A stretch of 44,070 bases of DNA from contig JAVECO010000073.1 of the NCBI GenBank assembly GCA_051942205.1, forward strand, positions 62,001 to 106,070, given 5' to 3'. This DNA comes from Coniocarpon cinnabarinum. Its lineage: Eukaryota. Below are positions 32,947-44,070 of the stretch, one piece after another (position 1 is the stretch's first letter; every line of letters begins with the position of its first letter). The notes under the pieces were generated by a model. It was not told the DNA's origin. It did not search any database and was given only the letters and a program-made list of their open reading frames with translations. A program made the position numbers and the translations under genes.

Positions 32947-34397
32947 ATGCCGACGGTGACCATGGCCGCCTCGACCAGATCAAAAGCCATGGCACCCCTT
33001 CGCGCCTCTCTCCGCCCATCCCATCACCCACCCCGACCACTCCTCATACCAACCACCGTCACACCCTCCTCAACCTCAACCAGAACACCACATCCACGAC
33101 AGTTCCACAGCACACCCCACCGCCACCTCCAAACCCCCAGCTTCAACCCCCTCTCCTCCGCACCCGCCGCCGGCTCCACATATTTCCAACGCCCCTCTCT
33201 CCCCACAAATACAGTAATCCGCTTCGTCCCCCAGCAAACCGCCTGGATCGTCGAGCGCATGGGTCGTTACCACCGCATTTTGAACCCGGGACTGGCGCTC
33301 TTGATTCCGTTTATCGATCGCATTGCGTATGTCAAGTCGCTCAAGGAGACGGCGATTGAGATCCCGTCTCAGAGTGCGATTACGGCGGATAATGTGACGC
33401 TGGAATTGGATGGCGTCTTGTACACGAGGGTGTTTGACGCTTATAAGGCTTCGTATGTTGTTTCAATCATTTCTCTATCCCTCTATGCCCCGTCTTTTCC
33501 TGCTTCCCTGTCTTTTCTGATCTGAGAACCTGGCGTTGTTCATGGAGACAGAAGCCTAACGAAGGCAACGACAGATACGGCGTCGAAGACGCCGACTACG
33601 CCATCTCCCAGCTCGCGCAAACAACCATGCGCTCCGAAATCGGGCGCCTCTCGCTCGACTCCGTCCTGCGCGAACGCGCCAGCCTCAACATCGAAATCAC
33701 CAACGCCCTGAACGAAGCCGCCCAAGCCTGGGGCGTGACCTGTCTCCGCTATGAAATCCGGGACATCCACGCGCCGGACGGCGTGGTCGCCGCGATGCAC
33801 CGACAAGTGACTGCAGAGCGGTCGAAACGGGCCGAAATCCTCGATTCAGAAGGTCAGAGACAGTCTGCTATTAACATTGCTGAGGGACGGAAGCAGTCTG
33901 TCATATTAGCGAGTGAAGCGGTGAGGGAGGAGTATATCAACAAAGCGCGGGGAGAAGCGGAGGCGACGTTTTTGAAAGCGCGGGGAACGGCGCAGGGCAT
34001 TGGAGAGGTGGCGGAGAAGATGCGACTTGGTCAAAGTGACGCAACGAAAGCGGTGAGTCTGAGCGTCGCGGAGCGCTACGTCGACGCATGGGGCAAGCTA
34101 GCGAAAGAAGGGACGAGTGTCGTCGTCCCGGGAAATGTCGGGGACCTGGGCGGAATGATCGCCACGGCGATGGGTGTCTATGGGAAGGTCAATCAGGGTC
34201 AGCAAGCTGCGCAGATGTCACGGGAGGGTGGTGACAGGCAGGCTGTGGAAGGCTCAGAGGAACTGAACAAAGAGATCAACAGGTTAGAAGACGGCAGTCG
34301 AGAGGATGTCGGCAGCGAGACGCAAAAGTCAACGGGGAAGATGCAAGATGAAGTCGCAGCCAGTGTGTTGGACGGCTTCGAGCAAGTCCGAAAATAG
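32947..34397 (+). CDS. Mitochondrial stomatin-like protein 2 (SPFH/band 7); intron 33453-33574; start at 32947 or 32962
   Basis: FVPQQTAWIVERMG, SQSAITADNV, S|YGVEDADYAISQLAQTTMRSEIG, RYEIRDI, AERSKRAEILDSEG; Arg/Ser/Thr-rich, acid-free N-terminus typical of a mitochondrial presequence. Confidence 0.93.
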
Positions 34398-35888
34398 GCA
34401 AAAGCAACTCAACTACCGGCGTTTGCGGACGTGTACTCATCGAGAATATGTTCAGGTCATGGGAACGAGGGATGTGAGAGAAATAAGGATGTGCAATATC
34501 TAAGCATGGCGTAGGGAATGTGTAATTCTACTCATCTCGGCGATAGTCACCACTCAGCTCCGGTGATGAAAGGGGAAGTGAGGGACTGGCAGTGTGAAGA
34601 AGAGAGTTGGCGAAGATGCACAAGCAATGGGTTGTGCATGGCTGGCATTGGGTATCTGTTGCGGCTATCGAGTTTTACGAGAGCGAGATTTGCCTGCGTG
34701 TCAGACGCAGTGCTTACGGACGTCCTCTAATCACAATCTCGTAGCAGTCGGCTGATTGACAATCCACAATCCATCAGGGTGTTCCGATCGCCTTGCACCG
34801 ATCCTGCCTCGAGGGGTTTTCCTTGTTCGAAGCAGAGAAGTTGAGCTGTGGGTCTCTGCGCTGCGAGTCCTAGGGCCGGACAAAGCTGCGAGGCAAGTCC
34901 TGTGATCAAAAAGAGGGCAGTCAAGACAGTGCTTGCCTTTATTTCCTGTCTTGATTTCTCGAAGCGGAGATCATGGACAGAGACCATGAAGCTCACGAAT
35001 GCTTCAACCGTCGGTGTTGATTTTCTTGTAATTGAGCTCGTGCTCAGGCACGTTCCAGTCGCTGCGGGTTCTTTCAACTCGTCGACCTACACGGACGTCG
35101 TGAAAATGCTGTGGATATGAGTCGAAGCGTCGACGAGTAAACATGATGCAGGGACTTTGAAGCTCTTTTTTGCGTTCCGCTGAAGACCCCGTTGCACATC
35201 CATGAATCAATGCAAGAATCCAGCCAATACCATTGACGTACTACGGCACGATAGAGTTTTCCGTGGCAGAATGTAGCCTCCGCCATTCGTATTCGAAAAG
35301 ATCATGTACGATTTCCAGAATGGGTAAGATTCTTCAGACTGGCGTTGCTTTTAAGAAAATGGTTCACAAACGCCGACCGTGTGCCGAGGAGGCAAACTCA
35401 AATCCTCTCCGGGCTATGCGTGCAATTGTGCTTTTCCTTATGCTAGATTTCCTTTTTTTTTTCCCATTCCACTGGACAAGTGAGACTCGTAACCCCGTCC
35501 GATCATAAGTGAGACCACCCAGAACTCCTGATCCATAGAGCGAGGCCGAGTTCTAATATAAGTATAGTCGACGTGCGCTGGTTGGCTGGCGGTAGCGGAC
35601 GAACTCGAACTTTTAGGATCCACGCTGTTGTTGAATATTTTGCAAGGCCGTGAGAAGGCTTCGAGATAATTCGTTATTATACAATAAATGTAGGCGTGGT
35701 ATTAGACCTGTACATCGTACATTCATTGGAAATGAAAAGTGCGGCCCTCCAAAACATTGGTACGAGATTCGCTACAGGTTGGAGAAAAGAGTCCAATGAG
35801 CAACAATTCAGTGTCGACCACGAAGAGGATTTGAACTCAACGGTCCCTCGCAGATTTGCTGATGGCCAAAGGCATGGCAATCACAGCA

Positions 35889-38800
35889 TCAGCGATCCAG
35901 GGAAGCCTTCAAGTCTGGTTCCATGACATCTTGTAGGATCTTGCGGCTCTTGATGTTCATCTCTCCATTGCGCCATGCCGTGCGAAGGCGCTTGAATGCT
36001 GGCCGATCCCCATGAGCATCCTCGTAGCGGACTTGATTTACAAAGTCCTGAGCCACCGATCTGCGAATCGGACGATCGGCACTGAAAAGGGCCTTGCTGT
36101 AGTACTCAAACAAGTGGTCAATGCCGAGATGAGAGCCATTGTTAGCATCTTCAAAGGCAAAGACCCGAAAATCGTCGTACATCTTCTTGTTGTAATTCCG
36201 AAGGAGGAAGTGCGACCAAAAGTCATACAGAAGGACCATGTCCGGCGGGCACTGTGCAGGTTCAGCGTTGCGACGTTGGTGTTTAGCAGACTCGTAGACT
36301 CGTGCATATGGCACCGACATCGCGTTCTGCGGAAGCTCCACAGAGTGTTGCTGATCCTTGATCCAGAAGACCGCAGAAGACTGAGGTCGAGAGTTGGGAT
36401 TTCGATGGCCGGGAACAGGCGAACTAAGCTTCTCCTTGATCTCAGCCAGCTTCGCGGTGCGATCACTGATTGGAGTTAGCTGATGTTTAGGACCTTTCTT
36501 TTGCTCAATAAGGGTAAGTGCATCGTACCTAGAATCTGCATCATTCGTCACAGCCGGAGACTGTGAGCGGTAGTCACCATTCTGCTCCTTGGGACTGCGC
36601 AAGCTGCCGTCAATAGTTCCATTGGAGAAGGTCCTCGAGAACTGTGGATGAGGGAGCTGATCTGGTCGGAAGCGTGTCAAAATGGTCAACTCAGAGTTGA
36701 TCTTGTCATCGGGATATGAGTCTGACTCATCATCCGGCTCGCGCTCAGAGTTGGATTGCTGCCCAGATTGCCGGCGTGCTTGCTCGCCGGCCGCAGGGTC
36801 GTAAGGAGAATTAGTTGCAGGCATCGCGTGGCGGCCATTAGGCGATCGCGAATAATTGTTCACAGGTGTCTCCGTGGGGACCGGATTAAAGCCCGGGAAT
36901 TGACCGTTCGCAGCCGGGGCCTGATCATACCCATTGATCTGAATAGGAGAGGAGTAGTATGAGGGAAGGTTAGGACCATCATTCTGCGCAGATGCATCAC
37001 GTTGGTTCATTGCAAGGACAAAGCTCATCCACCCTTCGCGTTTCCGCACCAGCAGGTCTCCGTTTGATGTGGGATACACTTCCAGCTCGGGATTTTGCTG
37101 GGCAATCGATTTTATAAGCTCGAAGTCCACGGTCATACTCTGCAGCCGCTGAAAATTAGAAATCAATCGAAGTGAGACGAAGCCTTGAGAATCCATGCGC
37201 TCTCGGAGAAACATATCCTTGCACAGATTGTCGACGGAAAAGTAGTAGCTAAGCTGTGATGCGACTCCGTTCATCAGCATCATGTTCACCATAGGAATTG
37301 AGCTACCGGACGGCGTCATCGGTGCTGAGTCGAAGGACGGGGCGGGGCTCATATACTGGTGTGGAAAGTAGTAGGAGTTTGCGAATTGCGCTGGATATCG
37401 TCCAAAGGTAGTCTCCGTGGGTATCGTTGCTGATCGAGGGCCGTTGTTGCCATGACCTCCTCGACCACCACCTCTGTATCCGGAGGATCCTCCGGAGAAG
37501 GTGCCGTTGAAGGTGGCTGACTTTGCAGAATGCGGTGTTGGTGGTAAGTAAGTTTGCCCGCTGGTGATTTGCAGATTGGCAGGAGAGTGAGAATGATAGA
37601 GTCCGCCACGGTTACGGCCGCCTCGGCCTCGTTCTGGGCGGCCGTCGCCGCGCTCACGAAACGGAAGAGGATTGTTCGCTTCGTGAGAGGAGCTGTGCTC
37701 GTTTCCGCCGCCCTCGGTTCGACGATCCGGCCAGTTCGATTTGATGGTGCTGCTGAGCGAGCCTGATCTTCGCCGCTCCCCGTTCCTAGGCCCGCCAAAC
37801 TCTTGCGCATCAGTGGCGCGCGAAGCCCGCCGTCGCGGTTTGCCATCCGTAATTTTACCAGCGCCGCCCCGAGAAGTCTCGATGGACATGGCTGAATTGT
37901 CGTTGGCAAAATGACCAGACAGGAACGCGCTTGCGTCAGTGGAGTGAGCTTTTACCGGTAGACTCTCTCCCGCTGACGATATATCGAGGTCTTGTGTAGG
38001 ATGACCAAGAACTTCAGAGGGCAGCGAGGTACGTTTGAGCCCTGACTGAGACCCTCCACTGCTCTGGTTTGGTGTGTGACGAGGTAGCGACGATGCTCGT
38101 TCAGTGCCTGATGCTGATCTGTCTCTGGAGAGACCCACGCGTCCAGACTCTCTCTGAGAATTTGGAGGCCCACGTGCGCTGGATGAGATCCCACCTCGGG
38201 ACATGGAATCTCGACCTCCACGAGCGCCACCTCTCGCGCCGCGCCCTGGCCTGTTGGAGATGGGTGTCTCAAATTTGACCGTGGGCACGAATGGGACAGG
38301 CTTCCACTCTTGTTTCCCATGGCTTTTGCCAGTCCCCGTGGCCGGCTTCTCACTGTCACGATTCTCGCCTGCTCGTTCGTGTGCTTTTTTACGATCCCCG
38401 TCCTGAACTGTCTCGGGTGTTGGCCAAGACATGGTGTCTTGCAGGAACGGAAATTGTGTCCCAGTGGAGATGCTTGCTTGCCTCGATGTTCGACGAGGAC
38501 CGTTATCAATAGATGCACTCACACTGTTTCGAGCTGCAGCGCGGCCCCCTCGAGGGCCACCGAATCCTCTGGTTTCGCGTTCAAATGTGGGAAAATCATC
38601 CACCTGGCGTCCTGAGGCGGTTGCGGTTTTGCTGGAGGATTCTCCACGGGTAGGTGGGGAATTACTACGGACCGCATTCGAGCTTGGACCGGTTGGCTTA
38701 GGAAACGAGTCATTAGCTTTCATTGGGTGCGAGGGCTCTGAGCCTTGCTTGGTTTTTGCCTCCTGCGCTCGCTGAGTCCAAATGTTGACGGCTGGCGCCG

Positions 38801-39335
38801 GTGCTTCCACAAGATGCGCCGGCTTTGCCTCCGTAGTTTCGGCGGCACCCTGCTGATCTGGTGTGCCGAGTCCGCCTTTGTCGGTCAGGGCATCTTCTGT
38901 GCCTGAGGTCTTGCGTCGCCACGACAGCTCATCCGGGTCTGGAGTGATGGGAGAAGGGCCGTCTTCGTCCCTGGCCATGCCCGTCGACTGCGAGGCGCCA
39001 GCATCCATGGATGTTGCATACGACGAGGCGCTATTCAAAGCGCCGTTGACCATCCCATCTAGTCGCGGTGAGCTTTGCTCCACTTTGGGACCGGTCTGAG
39101 TCTGATCGTCAACTACAGTAACAGCATCAGTTGCGTCGTCCGCCCAGCTGCTATTCGTTAATTGCTCGTGATTTGAGATTGTTTGCTTGGGCTTCTGTTC
39201 AGTGCCTTTGGCAACGCTCTCCTCTTGTGACGCCGGAGGCGCAGATGCCGACGTAACCGATTTCCTTTTGGCTGCTTGAGCGTACGAAAATGTTGCCGGC
39301 TGAGCGCCGTTCGTGGAAGCCATTGGAGTTGTCAT
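35889..39335 (-). CDS. LARP1: La-related RNA-binding protein (LARP1/Sro9 family) with La motif and C-terminal DM15-like region; probable in-frame intron 36528-36466
   Basis: La motif QLSYYFSVDNLCKDMFLRERMDSQGFV..F.RLQ; DM15-like LYDFWSHFLLRNYNKKMYDDFR..A.ED; fungal LARP motifs FSYAQAAK, APAPAVNIW, SWPTP, WKPVP; RGG stretches. First ATG at 39335 (the ORF track start is a non-ATG codon). Confidence 0.88.
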   Translation of the reverse strand: MTTPMASTNGAQPATFSYAQAAKRKSVTSASAPPASQEESVAKGTEQKPKQTISNHEQLTNSSWADDATDAVTVVDDQTQTGPKVEQSSPRLDGMVNGALNSASSYATSMDAGASQSTGMARDEDGPSPITPDPDELSWRRKTSGTEDALTDKGGLGTPDQQGAAETTEAKPAHLVEAPAPAVNIWTQRAQEAKTKQGSEPSHPMKANDSFPKPTGPSSNAVRSNSPPTRGESSSKTATASGRQVDDFPTFERETRGFGGPRGGRAAARNSVSASIDNGPRRTSRQASISTGTQFPFLQDTMSWPTPETVQDGDRKKAHERAGENRDSEKPATGTGKSHGKQEWKPVPFVPTVKFETPISNRPGRGARGGARGGRDSMSRGGISSSARGPPNSQRESGRVGLSRDRSASGTERASSLPRHTPNQSSGGSQSGLKRTSLPSEVLGHPTQDLDISSAGESLPVKAHSTDASAFLSGHFANDNSAMSIETSRGGAGKITDGKPRRRASRATDAQEFGGPRNGERRRSGSLSSTIKSNWPDRRTEGGGNEHSSSHEANNPLPFRERGDGRPERGRGGRNRGGLYHSHSPANLQITSGQTYLPPTPHSAKSATFNGTFSGGSSGYRGGGRGGHGNNGPRSATIPTETTFGRYPAQFANSYYFPHQYMSPAPSFDSAPMTPSGSSIPMVNMMLMNGVASQLSYYFSVDNLCKDMFLRERMDSQGFVSLRLISNFQRLQSMTVDFELIKSIAQQNPELEVYPTSNGDLLVRKREGWMSFVLAMNQRDASAQNDGPNLPSYYSSPIQINGYDQAPAANGQFPGFNPVPTETPVNNYSRSPNGRHAMPATNSPYDPAAGEQARRQSGQQSNSEREPDDESDSYPDDKINSELTILTRFRPDQLPHPQFSRTFSNGTIDGSLRSPKEQNGDYRSQSPAVTNDADSRYDALTLIEQKKGPKHQLTPISDRTAKLAEIKEKLSSPVPGHRNPNSRPQSSAVFWIKDQQHSVELPQNAMSVPYARVYESAKHQRRNAEPAQCPPDMVLLYDFWSHFLLRNYNKKMYDDFRVFAFEDANNGSHLGIDHLFEYYSKALFSADRPIRRSVAQDFVNQVRYEDAHGDRPAFKRLRTAWRNGEMNIKSRKILQDVMEPDLKASLDR

Positions 39336-40973
39336 GGTAGATGGGAGCTCGACGACGTGGCACCGGTTACGCTGCCTCCACAGCAAAATTCAAGCACTCC
39401 TGACCTCTTCAGGCACCAACCACCCCGCCGCTCTGGAGCGCCTGCTCACAGCGGACCTGACGATCTGGTGCGACAGTAGTCTAGTGCTGCTCTGAGACGT
39501 GCTGTCGATTTCAATCGTGGATTTCACAATGCGTAAATGCTCTTGATCTTTGTACAGTACACACAACTGATACCAAGGATGATTTTTGCAGAGTGCTACA
39601 ATCGGAACTCAGTCTGGCTCGCCCTTGTCACAGTGCAAATACCATCAATAAGGAAGAGTGGAGAACGAGTCGTAGACGGACTGTGCTAAAGCCTCGCACG
39701 ACACCAGTGGTTGCGTGTTCAAAGCCGCGCGCGGCGGGTGTGCAAAGGTTGAGGCTCTTGATTGCCGTCGAACTGGAGCGGGACGGCTGGAAGCAAACGC
39801 TCGTGAGCTGGTGGCAAGTGATGCGAGCCGGAGATGTCGAGGGGAAAAAGTTGGACGAGTGGGCGAACAGCCCGAAAGGGTAGGTGACTGGCGTGTGGTG
39901 CGGAAGTGACCTTGAGTTGACGTCGGAACTGGAGAGGCGATGCCGGCCAGGGGTTGGGAAAAAGTCGAGGGGGAGGAGAGCGAGGAGAGAGATGGCGGAG
40001 AGGTTGTGAGGTGGTACAGAGGAGGCGAAGCTAGAGGACGCAGAATATTGAGGAGCTCGCGAAATTGGGCAGTGGGTGTGCCGAAGAACGAACGACCTTA
40101 CCCCTCGCTTTGCGGGGCTGCTGCCTGGCACGCTGGACGAGGAGGCGGAGGCTGCTGATCGCGTTTGACAGCCCACGCGCGAGGCTGTCGACGGCGAAGG
40201 ACAGAAGAGGGAGGGAGGGCAAGAAGAAGGGTGGAAGAAGAAGAGAAGGTGGTGGGTACACGGTGTTCTCGCAGTGAGGGCTACGTCGAAAATCTGAGCT
40301 TGACCAACGGCGCTAGGAGGCCATCGTAGGGCTGACCGGCGCACGGGCGGGATGGCGGTCCGTGCGTCGACGCGTGCATCCTCCGTCAACCTGTTCATAA
40401 TATCAACGGCCCAGTACCTAGTAGTCAGCATTTGCGGTCACCTACGTGGCCGCTTCTCGCCGGTTACACCATGCTGCGAACGGATGATGGCCTGTCGCAG
40501 GTCAGGACACGGTTCTTTGCGCCGCCACGCTCAAGGTTCCGCATTCTGGAGGAACACTACGCTCTGCCAAGCTGCCGTATACCGTCAATTGGTCGGCAAA
40601 GCATGACGCTGGGAAGAGATATTGAGAAAGGCATGCTTCAAATGACATGATTCAATGGTTCAGAGGCAAGTCGACGTGTGCCTTTCCCAGAGGCCTAAAG
40701 AGACTCCTGGGGAATGCTAGAGAGTTGTCATTTCTATCCATGTCTTTGTCAGTATGTATCCACAATCACAGGTGAAGGAAGTCCACTCAGGCATCCTCCA
40801 GGCCACGACGGGGGCTATCGTCGTAACATATTTGCATGCGTCGAGGATCATCAGAGTCGTGTTAGCTGTATGCGAGTCTGTCTTCGCTATGCGTAATGTA
40901 CATATAGCTTTACAAAAATCTATAGTATTTGTAGAGTCGATTGCATCCAGAGCCTCTGCAACTTTCATATTTT

Positions 40974-42205
40974 TCACCCGTTCATCCACGCTGCCACTCT
41001 GTTGGTGCCGAAGCTTGCGGCCAGTCTGAGTCCGGACGAGCCCATGGGGAAATAGCTGACAATGTACCAGATCAGACAGATCATTTGCACAATAGCTGTG
41101 ACAAGCGTGAGGATCGTCGATCGCCACTGCGTTTCGTTCATCAGTTTTGTCCTCTCGTGGAACTTGTGAAGTTCTACTTACGCCGATCGCAAAATACAAT
41201 GTCAAAGCAATGGATCCAAAATATGTGGCTGTAAATGGCAATCGTGGCCCGGAGACAAGATGTCGCACTGTGAGATGTGTCAACAAGAATTGACTCACCA
41301 GCCCTGATTCTCCCCTCAATGGCACTCACCATAGGCCATGGGCCCCATCAAGGCGGCCCAAGATGCCAAGAACAGCACTGACGCCATCGACCATCTACGT
41401 GATCAGTCAGTCACTGCTGAGCCACATCATGGCTTGTCGCCTGGTCTGAGAAAAGGAGGCAAAGTAATGCGGCTCCAAACCCTTGTGGGTCGATGCGTCG
41501 ATGGGTCGCCACGAGCTTCGATCCGGTGGGCCAGCGCCACCGCAAGGAAAAGACATCATCAGGGTCTTGAAGATTGATGGGTGGCGCAAGCACAGACCAG
41601 GGTCTCTGTGACTTACAATATTGGAAACTTGCGAGGCCCAACTACTGCCAAAGCCGGCAGAAGGAAGAAGCACACGACGAAGAGGGCGATTGAACAGAGC
41701 ATTAGGCCACCAAAAAGTAGCATGCGATCCCAACGGCTGACTGTGGAGAAACGAGAACATGGTCAGTCGATCATCATTACTCAGGGGCATTGCGCGGATT
41801 TTAGCCTCAGTATGCCAGCCTGTTTATCGAAGCGCTTGATGGGGCAGGCCCCTGTGCTGGTCATCTTATCGATGATCGTGAACAAGCAACGACTCATGCT
41901 GGAAACCACGTACGATTCATCTGAAGGCTGGGATGGTGCAACGTGAGGGTACGACAAAAAGAGAGATTCGTAGACGTACGCGCAAACCAGGCATCCTCCT
42001 CTTCTCGCCGGTTCCGGGCAGGCAGAGGTGCACCTGGACTCTCGTCGGTCGGCAGTCTTAGCGAGCCATAGTTCGAAAACGGATTATAGGTCTGAAGCTT
42101 GGACCAGGTCGAACTGTTCGACGCAGACGTCCGCACTGGGAGGTCGGGATCTCGGCGATTCCAGCCCAGGGAGTTGAGTGAGTCTCGAAAGGACTCAGAC
42201 GCCAT
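40974..42205 (-). CDS. SFT2: Golgi vesicle-transport protein Sft2 (Got1/Sft2 family); introns 41979-41741, 41616-41395, 41329-41268, 41181-41127
   Basis: Spliced product ..EEEDAWFA|LSRWDRMLLFGG..PRKFPI|LWSMASVLFLASWAALMGPMAY|VRHLVSGPRLPFTATYFGSIALTLYFAIG|WRSTILTL..WYIVSYFPMG..*; four hydrophobic segments. Confidence 0.92.
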
Positions 42206-44070
42206 GACTCAGGAGGGTAGGTGTGACGAAAGTCGATGGGCGTGGGAGCAGTGCACAGAGCACAGAGGACCGCGTAGCCTGTAACACCGAACAAGGTATT
42301 CCACCAGACAAGCGGGTGGCGGTTAGCGTAGATGGTGCCACGGCCTCACGTCGAGTTGAAAGGCTCAGGATATGACGTGCAGAAGGCGTTGGCGGCGGGT
42401 AGAGAAGCCCCAAGCTACCGACGAGGCGGCGCCGGCGAGGACAGACCTGGTGGGTGCTCAGACCAGCAGCGGTGCGCACCGGTGAGCGTTTAAGCAAACA
42501 GTGCAGATGATCGTCACTGCAGCAGTGTATCTTGCAGATGGGACAAAGCCAGGGAGGAGCAAAATGCCGATCGATGTCCAGCTGATCAGCGGTGCAGAAG
42601 CTTAAAGGTCCAGGAGGGTGTGGTGGGGGTCGGATGAGTCCAATACGAAGTTGGAGTTTGGGCGAAGGATGGCTCAGAAACGGTGAGTGCGCGCGCTGAC
42701 GACGCTGATTGGTGGCCGAGCGAACGAAAGCAGGAATGGAGGACGTCCGGCGAGAAGTTGGTGTGGTGGTCAAAGGAGGCTAAGCGCCTTTGCTGAGGAC
42801 TTGGGAGAGCAGGGGACGGTGTTTTATCGACCCAGATGGATAGGTGAGATCCAGCTCTGTGGGCGGGATTGGAAGCTATAGCGAGACCGGCTAGGGTTCT
42901 GGAAAAATAGCAGAGCGCGGAGGTGGGAGCACTGGCGGTTGCAACGCAATGGTGGTCGAGGAGAACAACGTCGTAGAGAAGAGCAGGGCCGCGTGTTGTA
43001 GGTGACGGGGACGCTGAGTCGGGTGTGGGGAGAGTTGGAGCAGCGTGCGCGTCAGCCAGAGACAGGGCTTTGTATCTTCCCACCGGTAGGCAGCCGCGTT
43101 AATTGTTCGTCGCTCCCCGGTTGCGCGGAGTGACAAGCTTTGTCTCCGTCGATAGTAGCCTGGTTGGGGAGCAAGTGGGAGACCAGCACGTCCGAGTGGA
43201 GTGTCAAAAGATAGCAACCGTTGACAGGATGAACCAGCTGTCGGGGGCTGGATGGGATGCGCTGGCCGTGTTTCAGGAGGGGGAGGGGAGGCTATTGCTG
43301 GTTACAGAGCTGAGGCGTCGTCCAGAACTGTCGAGCTGCAGGCGTGGCGTGCGTCCGAATAGGCCCAGCAGGTGAGGACAGACGAGAGAGGTACTTTGAT
43401 ACCTACCTAGTAGGTGTGGAAGAGGAGCAGGCAGAGCGTGGAGGAGACGAGCACCGACGAGCACCGACGAGCAAGCCAACGCCGTGCCATGAATTGAAGA
43501 TGGCCACGAGGCCCCACCCTGCCAAGACGCCACGCGGGCTAAGCTAGGCCGCTTTCGGGCATCTGAGTGCTAGAGGGCGCTGCATCGCGTCGCGTCGAGG
43601 TCGCGTCGTGTGGCCCATGAATCAAACATGATCGACGATGGCGTCCTAATTGTTGCTGAACCCTTGCTTCTGCACGCCCTCGCCCTGATTCATGCGCGCC
43701 GTAGATCTGTGTCATGCCCGGCGAGGTCAGATAGGCGGGCCTCGCCCAACTGACCATTGAGACGAGCACCCCACGCCCTCGCCACACGCGCAGCATCGCA
43801 GCTCGCAGCCAGAAGTGCGCCAATCTCAGACCAGCACGCCCGCAGCTGCACTGTGTGTGCGGTCGCTCCCTCTCCCTCTCCCTCTCCCGCCGCGCACCCA
43901 TGGTACATTCCCTGCGAGAGAAGCCTCCTCCACAGCACCGCGCCGCACCGACCACGAAGCTTAGAGCGGCACATGCGAACGACGTACCTACTCGCGTAGC
44001 GTCATCGCCGCCCTCGCCGTCGTCGACGTCTTCCACTCACGTCCACCACCAGCCATCCACCCCTTCCCCC

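Noticed and set aside
39628..40431. 267-aa ORF upstream of LARP, and similar ORFs at 42195-44036
   Set aside because: Low-complexity Ser/Pro/Arg translations of GC- and CT-rich promoter/leader DNA; mostly non-ATG starts.
1..44070. tRNA, rRNA or intact transposon
   Set aside because: No T-loop/cloverleaf, rRNA-like sequence, transposase/RT motifs or terminal repeats noticed by eye.

Overview
Genomic DNA from a filamentous ascomycete (Pezizomycotina; short GT-AG introns with CTRAC-type branch sites). The conserved backbone is an SSK2-type MAPKKK, dipeptidyl peptidase III, a PITH-domain protein, a DHX35-like DEAH helicase, a mitochondrial stomatin-like protein, a La-related protein (LARP1/Sro9 type) and SFT2. 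Two accessory blocks interrupt it. Block 1 (~9.2-18.3 kb) holds an intact 7-intron gene of an uncharacterised fungal family with an N-terminal zinc finger, a decayed minus-strand segment, and a pseudogene the ORF track mostly misses: a SesB/SERAC1-like alpha/beta-hydrolase fused to a vWA domain, with four nonsense codons. Block 2 (~21.4-32.4 kb) holds an FAD monooxygenase followed by the most striking feature, a head-to-tail array of six small (139-176 aa), intronless, highly diverged paralogues that I do not recognise. They share an N-terminal K/R-x-(V/I)-ENP motif, a coiled-coil-like middle and a short C-terminal helical motif. Five have a TATA-like box ~80-105 nt upstream, two pairs have homologous 3' UTRs, and two copies are disrupted (one TAG, one +1 frameshift). 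The 313-nt second intron of DPP3 looks like it hosts a structured ncRNA. All family assignments come from motif recognition by eye; no database searches were run.
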